Shown piece by piece: positions 46,892-54,296 of a DNA stretch of 64,000 nt. The stretch covers positions 1,096-65,095 of the forward strand of contig CAZCSM010000007.1 of NCBI GenBank assembly GCA_964501355.1, read 5' to 3'. Every line of letters starts with the position of its first letter. The stretch's first letter is position 1. Position numbers and translations under genes: made by a program. This DNA is from an uncultured Candidatus Saccharibacteria bacterium. Its GTDB lineage: Bacteria; Patescibacteriota; Dojkabacteria; CAZCSM01. A model generated the notes under the pieces. The model was not told where the DNA came from. It ran no database searches and saw nothing but the letters and a program-made list of their open reading frames with translations.

Positions 46892-48241
46892 CTATTTCAC
46901 CTGCCTACTCACTAACTCCGGCCATCCAATCCGAAGAAAAGGTACTCCGTTGACTTCATCTGAAATCTTTTCTGCTAAAGCTTCAAATTCCACCAACCCT
47001 TTTTCCCCTTCAAGTTCCTTTTCCCCCATCACCAAGACATTTGGAATCAAATCCCCATGTGCCATTCTAATCCGCTTGCCAACACTCTCAGCACGATCAT
47101 CAACATCAATACGTATTCTGTCTTTGTATTTTTCAGCTAAGTCCACACACTGTGGAATAAACTTTTCGCTAACAGGAATCAGTCGCAATTGAATCGGCTT
47201 CAACCAAAGCGGAAAACATTCTTCATATTTGTCGAATAACATATACAAATATCTTTCAATTCCGCCGATTCCGGCAGAATGAATAATTAGGGGGCTTACT
47301 TTTTCTCCTTTTTCGTTAATATATTCAATACCAAGCCGACTCGCATTCCCAACGTCAATTTGAATACACGATATTTCTCGGATCTGACCAAAAGAATCAA
47401 CAATATTGTAATCCACGTTTATAATCCAATATTTCGGGATCTCATCCTGACAAATTGAAATTAAAATATCACGTCCGCCATTTACAGCAATTTTAATTAT
47501 CTTCTCTTTATATTCTTCCCACGCATCATTTGAAGAAACTGCCGCAATAATTTGATAATCACGGTTAACTTCCTTTGCAGATTGAATAATTTGTTTTTCA
47601 ATTTTCGGATACCACTCGAATGCTTGGTCTACGTCCAAAAAGTATGGATGCAAATCCGGCATAAAGAATCTTCGCATTCGATAGAGAATCATACATTCCC
47701 CACTTTGTTCCTGACGATAACAATCAGAAATCGAAAAATGTGCAAATGGAAAATCCTTGTGGCTTAATCTATATTTTGAGGCCAAGTTGAATTGAGGATA
47801 GCTAGCATCATAACTCATTACAGATTTTTTCCCGCCAACCTCAAGCTGAAATAGCCGATCGCCATATAATCCAGCATAACTCTCCACCACGGGATGTGAC
47901 AGATCAAACATTACCGATCCTTTCACCTCAAATATTGGCAAATCCATTTTATGAATAATTTGTCTGGAGTATTCTTTTGCCAGCCGCATAATCAAATCCG
48001 CTTTATAATCATTCTGCATAAACCCGGATGGCGCATTTTGTTCCCAATCGAAACCAAGCTTTCTTGCATAATCCAGATACTTTGGCTTTGCATCTTCAGC
48101 AAGACTTCTCTCCACGCCCCTTCCAAAAACTTCACGCTCAATAACAACCCGGAATTCTTCCGAACAATCTTTATGATTAATAAAGAATTCTGGATCTAGG
48201 AGCTTTCCCGATTTATGAATAACAATATATTTATTTTTCAT
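46892..48241 (-). CDS. thrS: Archaeal-type threonine--tRNA ligase-like protein lacking the editing domain
   Basis: Motif 2 YRQEQSGE...RMRRFFMPDLH, motif 3 IIHSAGIGGIER, PLWLKPIQLRLIPVS and an anticodon-binding DVDDRAESVGKRIR. A Thr-codon leader lies upstream. Confidence 0.8.
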   Translation of the reverse strand: MKNKYIVIHKSGKLLDPEFFINHKDCSEEFRVVIEREVFGRGVERSLAEDAKPKYLDYARKLGFDWEQNAPSGFMQNDYKADLIMRLAKEYSRQIIHKMDLPIFEVKGSVMFDLSHPVVESYAGLYGDRLFQLEVGGKKSVMSYDASYPQFNLASKYRLSHKDFPFAHFSISDCYRQEQSGECMILYRMRRFFMPDLHPYFLDVDQAFEWYPKIEKQIIQSAKEVNRDYQIIAAVSSNDAWEEYKEKIIKIAVNGGRDILISICQDEIPKYWIINVDYNIVDSFGQIREISCIQIDVGNASRLGIEYINEKGEKVSPLIIHSAGIGGIERYLYMLFDKYEECFPLWLKPIQLRLIPVSEKFIPQCVDLAEKYKDRIRIDVDDRAESVGKRIRMAHGDLIPNVLVMGEKELEGEKGLVEFEALAEKISDEVNGVPFLRIGWPELVSRQVK

Positions 48242-48315
48242 TTTAATAATTTTTGAATTAACAATTGTCCTCTAACGGAAGGTGCCGCTACACGAGCAAA
48301 TTGTTTTTCAAAAAA

Positions 48316-48344
48316 TGAAAACAAAAAGCTCCCCGTCGGGAGCT
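48316..48344 (-). terminator. Attenuator terminator upstream of the thrS-like gene
   Basis: AGCTCCC-GACG-GGGAGCT followed by TTTTGTTTT on the minus strand. Confidence 0.85.
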
Positions 48345-48385
48345 ATTAATATCGAGGAAAAATATCCAGCATTAACCCGACGAGC

Positions 48386-48445
48386 CTAAATCGTGGTCGT
48401 CGTTGTTACGTTGAATAAGTTTTGAAGATTTATGAAGCTTTTCAT
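48386..48445 (-). CDS. Threonine leader peptide MKSFINLQNLFNVTTTTTI
   Basis: ATG AAA AGC TTC ATA AAT CTT CAA AAC TTA TTC AAC GTA ACA ACG ACG ACC ACG ATT TAG: five consecutive Thr codons directly before antiterminator and terminator sequences. Confidence 0.85.
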   Translation of the reverse strand: MKSFINLQNLFNVTTTTTI

Positions 48446-48454
48446 AGTGTGTAG

Positions 48455-48483
48455 ATTATATCCTATAACAAATGGGGTTGCAA
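48455..48483 (-). promoter_or_regulatory. Sigma70-type promoter of the Thr leader
   Basis: TTGCAA (48483-48478), 17-nt spacer, TATAAT (48460-48455). Confidence 0.7.
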
Positions 48484-48484
48484 C

Positions 48485-49528
48485 CTAAACTTCAACAATC
48501 TCACTCGCCGCTTTTCTCAAACGATTCATCACGGCAAGTCCAAGCTCGATGTCCTCCAACCCCTCGCTTATTATAACATCAACACCTTCTTCATCAAATT
48601 CGCGAAGAACCCGAAACATATTTCTGCCAAAACTTTCCGGGTCATTTCCAATATATTTGACAACATCTGCTTTGAGATTAATATTAGGTTTCGTAGTCAT
48701 TACACCAATCTTCTTCCCTTCTGATTTGTGGGTATAAATAAGCTCAGAGATTTTCATGAGAACTCGCTCATCATCACCTTCGACTAAGATAATGTTCGCT
48801 TTCGGTGCATAATGAGTGTATTTCATTCCAGGAGAACGTGCCTCAACTTTTTCTTCCACCTTTCCCGACTGAACAACTTGATGTCTATTCACATCTCCTA
48901 ACACAGATCCAAGGTTCTCAAAGGTAATTTTACCGGGACGAAGAAGAGTTACGGGATTTGTTGTGGTATCAACAACAGTTGATTCCAAACCGACATCGGA
49001 CGAACCACCATCAATTATCATGGGAATTCGCCCATCCATATCTTGCAAAACATGATCCGCAGTTGTCGGACTTGGTTTTCCGGAAAGATTTGCAGATGGA
49101 GCTGCAATTGGCACACTGGCAGCTTCGATTAATGCTTTTGCAATTTCATTGGATGGCATACGGATCGCAACAGTATCCATACCTCCAGTTGTAATTAACG
49201 GAACAATTTTAGATTTTTTGAAAACCAGAGTCAATGGACCGGGGAAGAATTTCTCAATTAGAGTCTTTGCATTATCGGTTACTTCAGAAACCAGTGGATA
49301 AATCTGATCTAATTTTGATATGTGTAGAATCAAAGGATTATCAGCAGGTCGCCCTTTTGCCTTAAAGATTTTCATAACAGCCTCAGGATCTAAGCCATTA
49401 GCTCCAAGTCCGTAAACAGTTTCCGTCGGGAAAGCAACAACCTCCCCGGATTTAATAAGCTCAGCAGCTTCGCGAACTTTATTTAAATCAGGATTGTTAG
49501 GATTAAGCTTGATTAGTTGGGTGTACAT
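48485..49528 (-). CDS. sua5: L-threonylcarbamoyladenylate synthase (Sua5 type)
   Basis: VAFPTETVYGLGA, KGRPADNPLILH, AAPSANLSGKPSPT, PGMKYTHYAP and a SUA5 C-terminal domain; an alternative start lies at 49558. Confidence 0.96.
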   Translation of the reverse strand: MYTQLIKLNPNNPDLNKVREAAELIKSGEVVAFPTETVYGLGANGLDPEAVMKIFKAKGRPADNPLILHISKLDQIYPLVSEVTDNAKTLIEKFFPGPLTLVFKKSKIVPLITTGGMDTVAIRMPSNEIAKALIEAASVPIAAPSANLSGKPSPTTADHVLQDMDGRIPMIIDGGSSDVGLESTVVDTTTNPVTLLRPGKITFENLGSVLGDVNRHQVVQSGKVEEKVEARSPGMKYTHYAPKANIILVEGDDERVLMKISELIYTHKSEGKKIGVMTTKPNINLKADVVKYIGNDPESFGRNMFRVLREFDEEGVDVIISEGLEDIELGLAVMNRLRKAASEIVEV

Positions 49529-49564
49529 AAAACAGATCTCATTCTTGCCAATATACAATACATC

Positions 49565-49933
49565 TCATACAGATGGAGAAACGTCATGCTGAAAGGCGTC
49601 CAATAGCTTCAAACTACTGAAAACCTCATCTATTCTAGATGGCGATAATTTTCCAATGAAGTCGCCTAAATCCTTTTTGTTAACTAACGAAATATGAGAT
49701 GGGATTATTATACTGCGTTTGTCTAAATTACCTTCGCCAGCATCTAATAAAATGTTCCCAACCTCATACGCTTTTTTCATATTGGTCGATATTTCGCACA
49801 TTACAATTGATTCAATCCTGCTGTTGTTTATAATCGTATCCTGTATCACGAGCTGAGGATGGATAATACCTCGCATATTTCCATGTTCATCCATTGTGGG
49901 TGCCCAAAAGATATCTCCTCGAAAGATTTTCAT
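49565..49933 (-). CDS. PemK/MazF-family toxin-like protein (orphan)
   Basis: RGDIFW, HPQLVIQD, GNILLDAGEGNL and LGDFIGKLS; no antitoxin ORF seen upstream. Confidence 0.8.
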   Translation of the reverse strand: MKIFRGDIFWAPTMDEHGNMRGIIHPQLVIQDTIINNSRIESIVMCEISTNMKKAYEVGNILLDAGEGNLDKRSIIIPSHISLVNKKDLGDFIGKLSPSRIDEVFSSLKLLDAFQHDVSPSV

Positions 49934-50034
49934 TATTATTCTAAATTCATATGAAATGAGAATATTAAGACCAGACTTTGCACATTATACGCAAAAACGC
50001 TAGAATCATAAATAGTAATAGTTGAGAAAGGGAA

Positions 50035-50096
50035 TGTCATTTAGCAATCTCTGAAAATAAATTAGATTGCTTCATCGTAAACTCTTCACAATGACA
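50035..50096. repeat. Degenerate TGTCA/TGACA palindrome pair
   Basis: tgtcat..gcaatct...agattgc...caatgaca. Confidence 0.55.
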
Positions 50097-50120
50097 AAAC
50101 GCACTCATTGAACAGCTCTA

Positions 50121-50394
50121 CAACCTAAACACCCACAATCTCACTTGCCGCTTTTCTCAATCGATTCATTACAGCAAGTCCAAGCCCAATACCTTCCAAT
50201 CCTTCACTTATTATCACACGAATACCTTCTTCATCAAATTCACGAAGGACCCGAAACATATTTCTTCCAAAACTTTCCGGATCATTTCCAATGTATTTGA
50301 CCACGTCTGCCTCGAAGTTAACATTTTGTTTCGTAGTTATTACACCAACCTTCATACCATTTGATTTGTGGATAGAAATAAGCACAGAGATTTT
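50121..50394 (-). pseudogene. Duplicated 3' fragment of sua5
   Basis: Diverged direct repeat of ~48481-48753 (ADVVKYIGNDPESFGRNMFRVLREFDEEG...AVMNRLRKAASEIV) without the catalytic N-terminal domain. Confidence 0.88.
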
Positions 50395-50402
50395 TATTAT
50401 TT

Positions 50403-50494
50403 AATATAGCTTCGCGATTAGATGAAGTTTTTGCGTAGCAAAAATTGGGAAGAACCTCGAGCCGAGGGTCGAACCATCTAGTCGCTGTTATATT
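50403..50494 (-). mobile_element. attC-like integron recombination site
   Basis: Minus strand AATATAAC (R''-like), GCGACTAGATG ... CATCTAATCGC (inner stem), GCTATATT (R'-like); 92 bp, just downstream of an AT-rich ORF. Confidence 0.6.
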
Positions 50495-50565
50495 CGGGTC
50501 GAACGAATGGGAGAAGCGCAGCGACCCCGACGACTGTAAGGAGGAGAGAAAATTTCGAGCCCATT

Positions 50566-51063
50566 TTATTTTAAATTATTTAATGAATCTTCTAATTCAT
50601 TTAATTTAATGTATTCAATATCAAGTCCTATTTCTTCAGGAAGTTTTTGAGAGATGAATTCGTTTATTACATAGATTCTTTTAGGATTATAATATCTTGA
50701 AAAACCTATTTCTGCCATAACCATTCCACCATAACCTACACAAAACATCACATCACATTCTTCATTATATCTTGAAGGTTGATTAGGCCATTTTCCACAA
50801 GAAATTAATTCTCCTAAATTGGTATTCAAATAATCTTCGTAATCATCATCTAATGGAACAACTTCATATATTTTTTTACCATTATTCTTTAAATATTCTT
50901 CTCCGAACAATTCCAATAGGGAATTTTTATCAGGGGTTAGAAGAATTTCAAAACCCGTTTTTGCTAAAATTCTTGCAACTTTCCTTAAATTAATTTTTCT
51001 GATTTCTAGTTCTTCTTTATTTAATTGAGGACATTGGTTAGGTCCAATAATTCCTATTCTCAT
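50566..51063 (-). CDS. SLOG/LOG-like Rossmann-fold protein (putative gene cassette)
   Basis: MRIGIIGP start and DVMFCVGYGGMVMAEI motif; noticeably more AT-rich than its neighbours. Confidence 0.65.
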   Translation of the reverse strand: MRIGIIGPNQCPQLNKEELEIRKINLRKVARILAKTGFEILLTPDKNSLLELFGEEYLKNNGKKIYEVVPLDDDYEDYLNTNLGELISCGKWPNQPSRYNEECDVMFCVGYGGMVMAEIGFSRYYNPKRIYVINEFISQKLPEEIGLDIEYIKLNELEDSLNNLK

Positions 51064-51126
51064 ACAAATTATATAAATACATTAATTTAAGTTATTTTCT
51101 ATTTTTAAGGGCCCAAAAATTTATTG

Positions 51127-51152
51127 AATATAACCAGTTACTATGCGAAGTG
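51127..51152 (-). mobile_element. Partial attC-like end / cassette start
   Basis: Minus strand acttcgcatagtaactg-GTTATATT; GTTATATT is the exact complement of the R''-like box at 50487-50494. Confidence 0.5.
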
Positions 51153-51244
51153 TTTTCACAATTCATACATTTCGTTGTACTTTTTGTGAACAACCTTGGT
51201 ATAATAACTTTAAATCAACTATCTGAAGTTTATCACATCTTAAC

Positions 51245-51946
51245 ATGAAAATTGACATAATCACACTATTCCCGCAAATGTTCTCGGGACCATTTGATGA
51301 AAGTATTGTAAAACGGGCACAAGACAAGGGACTTGTTGAAATTGAAATTCACGATTTGCGAAAATGGACAGATGATAAACGAAAAACTGTTGATGACAAA
51401 CCATTCGGAGGCGGTGCGGGAATGGTAATGAAAGTGGAGCCCGTTTATCGCGCAGTTAAGGAATTGCGAACAGAAGACTCTTTAGTAATTTACACCACAC
51501 CTCAAGGCAGAAAATTAGAACAAAGCTTGAGTAATAAATTTTCTACTCAGACACATTTAATCATACTTTGTGGCCACTACGAAGGGCTAGATGAGAGAGC
51601 GAGAGAAAATTTAATTGATGTAGAAGTATCAATTGGTGACTTTGTACTAACAGGAGGAGAGCTTCCTGCAATGGTAATCGTTGATTCTATTGTAAGGCTA
51701 ATTCCCGGAGTACTTGGCAAAGAGGAATCCCATCAGAACGAGTCTTTCATGGAAGTTGACGGTACAAAGTTACTCGAGCATCCGCATTACACCCAGCCTG
51801 CCGAATTTGTAACAGATGAAGGTGAAACATGGGCTGTTCCGGATGTTCTACTTTCCGGACATCACGAGAACATCGAAAAATGGAGAAAAGAGCAGTCAGT
51901 TAAAAGGACTGAAGAAAGAAGACCGGACCTGCTGAAAAGGTTGTAG
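51245..51946 (+). CDS. trmD: tRNA (guanine37-N1)-methyltransferase
   Basis: ITLFP, VDDKPFGGGAGMV, LCGHYEGLDER, SIGDFVLTGGE and VPDVLLSGHH; TGGTATAAT promoter-like motif at 51197-51205. Confidence 0.98.
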   Translation: MKIDIITLFPQMFSGPFDESIVKRAQDKGLVEIEIHDLRKWTDDKRKTVDDKPFGGGAGMVMKVEPVYRAVKELRTEDSLVIYTTPQGRKLEQSLSNKFSTQTHLIILCGHYEGLDERARENLIDVEVSIGDFVLTGGELPAMVIVDSIVRLIPGVLGKEESHQNESFMEVDGTKLLEHPHYTQPAEFVTDEGETWAVPDVLLSGHHENIEKWRKEQSVKRTEERRPDLLKRL

Positions 51947-52028
51947 GTTCTAGTTTCGAGTTCGATGAGCCCAATACAGATTTCTAAATTCTAAACAAAT
52001 CCCGATTTTAAACCATACTGTCTCATTC

Positions 52029-52144
52029 GGGGTCTGGGGAGATGTGTGTTTCCTCGGGCAAAGATGACTAGAATATCTCAGACTGCAAACGGGAAAATCC
52101 ACATCTCTCCAGCGGTTTTGGTTACTTTTGTCGTCAAAAGTAAC
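52029..52144. repeat. Structured intergenic element, family B copy 1
   Basis: ggggt-ctggggagatgtg...cacatctctccag, then ttttg-gttacttttg-tcgt-caaaagtaac; homologous to 62603-62718. Confidence 0.8.
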
Positions 52145-52395
52145 AGAAATCTACACGCTACCTCGAATGAATGCACAGACTATCAAATTGTACCCCAATG
52201 ATTACTTCTATATAGGTTTATAACCCAATACCGTTGCTGCAACCCTTTCCTTCTTGCAACTTGAAACCTGGCAACTTGTAACAGCTTCTTCCTTTTTTCT
52301 TTTTTAATTTATCATTTTGAGATTTGATTTTTGAACTTTGATTTTTAACACACAATTCTCTATATTAGAAGGAGAATAATATCTGCCTTGAAATA

Positions 52396-53094
52396 ATGCT
52401 CAACGGAAAAATCGTAAACTTCTTCAAAATAATTGTAGTCTTCATCAGCCTCGGAGTAATCGGCGGAGTGGCCTATTATATACTTTCGGACAATGATGTA
52501 ATTGATTTAAACGTTATCCCCGAAGTTGAAGGTGGAATCGAATTCAAGGTATTAATACCCGGAATAGAGCTTGAGAAGGTGGTTATTCCAAACGTAGATC
52601 CAAGAGACGAAGCAATTTATAAAGAAGCTTTCAAACAAGGTGTTGCGCATGGACTCGGAACAAAGTTCCCTGATGAAATTGGAAACACATACCTTTATGC
52701 TCACAGCACAAGAGATGTAGATGACATTGAGAAAAATGCAGGATGGTTTACCAGACTTGATGAACTTGCAATCGGTGATGAATTTGAAATCATCTACGGA
52801 CAAAACATTTACACGTATTCAATTGCCTCAAGAGAAGTAATTGATCCAAGAGCAACTGGTGTTTATACCGCATATGCACCAGTGCAAATGGTTACTTTAC
52901 AGACATGCTATCCGAGAGGAGAGATCGAAGAACGGTTAATAATTAAAGCTCTTCTTCTAAAATCCGAACCGAGATTAGCCGAAGTTACAAATGAGGATTC
53001 TGAGTCTGCTATTGTATTTTTCCAAGACTCTTACTTATTCGCTCATCATCAGATCCCAATGATCCTTGAGCAACGGAAATTGAAAAAAGTATAG
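52396..53094 (+). CDS. Sortase
   Basis: N-terminal TM anchor, GVAH, GNTYLYAHS (His), VTLQTC (TLxTC Cys) and EERLII (Arg). Confidence 0.92.
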   Translation: MLNGKIVNFFKIIVVFISLGVIGGVAYYILSDNDVIDLNVIPEVEGGIEFKVLIPGIELEKVVIPNVDPRDEAIYKEAFKQGVAHGLGTKFPDEIGNTYLYAHSTRDVDDIEKNAGWFTRLDELAIGDEFEIIYGQNIYTYSIASREVIDPRATGVYTAYAPVQMVTLQTCYPRGEIEERLIIKALLLKSEPRLAEVTNEDSESAIVFFQDSYLFAHHQIPMILEQRKLKKV

Positions 53095-53311
53095 CAATTA
53101 CAGCAAAGATTCCCCCTGCGATATACAAACCTGTCGAGATATTTCCACACAGTTCCTGATTCTGCTGAAACCAATTTAAACTCCCTGTAACTCCCGCAGG
53201 TAATATTGAATCTTCCGCCGAAAGTCCATTTAGAATTAAACCCAGAACGATTGAAAGTGGTGATAATACCTGAAAGAAAACCATTAGAGATACTTTACTT
53301 GAACTGCCCAT
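53009..53311 (-). CDS. Hypothetical small membrane protein
   Basis: 100 aa with two hydrophobic helices; overlaps the sortase 3' end convergently. Confidence 0.5.
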   Translation of the reverse strand: MGSSSKVSLMVFFQVLSPLSIVLGLILNGLSAEDSILPAGVTGSLNWFQQNQELCGNISTGLYIAGGIFAVIAILFSISVAQGSLGSDDERISKSLGKIQ

Positions 53312-53455
53312 AAAGATGTTGTGTAAAATAGATTAACGTTGAGCAAAATTGAACTAAATAGAAACCAGGACAAGTTTACAAGCTGCTGATGCAAATCCGT
53401 TGACTAAATTCAATGTAGCACCATGTGGTTCTAGGTTGCACAATATTACTCAATT

Positions 53456-54295
53456 TCAAAACTTCGAGCTCAAAATCATCATAGCCAATAACGCCACCGA
53501 AAAGTATTCAACAAAAACAGAAAGATTCAAAGTTCCCTGGGCCTTATGATGCAACAATGAAGATAAAAGATAATATAAAATTGTAAGATAAAGACCGATA
53601 TTAAAATAGCTTGCAAAGAACATTCTTCCAATAAACCATGCGAATAATCCAATTATGAAACTGAAGAATATTGCAATTATCATTGAAATTCTGCTCATTT
53701 GCAGGTATCTCAAAAGGGCAAGGGTTAAGAGCAGCATTGAGACAAAGAATGAAACAATCCCCATGACAAGGTAACTTGAGCCGAGATAATGAAAAAGCTG
53801 CAAATTTACAGTCATTATCAAAAAGAAAACAAACACCTTAACCAAATTGTAAATTCCATGAGTGAAGGTCTCTAATTCAAAATCATGGTTGAATACAGCT
53901 TGAATGTTCACAAATAATAACCAATAAACAGCGCTAATAACCAGAATCATCACATGTGTAATCACATCATATGGATAGAAGAAAATGAAACCAACCATTC
54001 CGATGTAAAGAAGAATCGGCAATATGATTTGATGCAGAATATGAATTCGGATTAGCGGAAAAATTATCTGACGAACCTCACTATCCGTATATCTTTTGCG
54101 AATGAATAGAAGTCCATACAAAAGAAGTCCTAGCAAAATTACACCAAAAAGAACTGCGGTAAAATAGAAACGCGATACTTCCTCCGGCGCAAATTCCTGA
54201 TAAACTTTCATCATCATTTCGAATGCGAAGAAGAGGAATATCGAATAGATGAATGCTTGCTTCTTTTTCTTTATCCAGAAAATAAGGTTCTTCAT
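53456..54295 (-). CDS. Multi-pass membrane protein
   Basis: About nine hydrophobic segments; starts immediately after the stop of the CAP-domain gene. Confidence 0.8.
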   Translation of the reverse strand: MKNLIFWIKKKKQAFIYSIFLFFAFEMMMKVYQEFAPEEVSRFYFTAVLFGVILLGLLLYGLLFIRKRYTDSEVRQIIFPLIRIHILHQIILPILLYIGMVGFIFFYPYDVITHVMILVISAVYWLLFVNIQAVFNHDFELETFTHGIYNLVKVFVFFLIMTVNLQLFHYLGSSYLVMGIVSFFVSMLLLTLALLRYLQMSRISMIIAIFFSFIIGLFAWFIGRMFFASYFNIGLYLTILYYLLSSLLHHKAQGTLNLSVFVEYFSVALLAMMILSSKF

Positions 54296-54296
54296 A

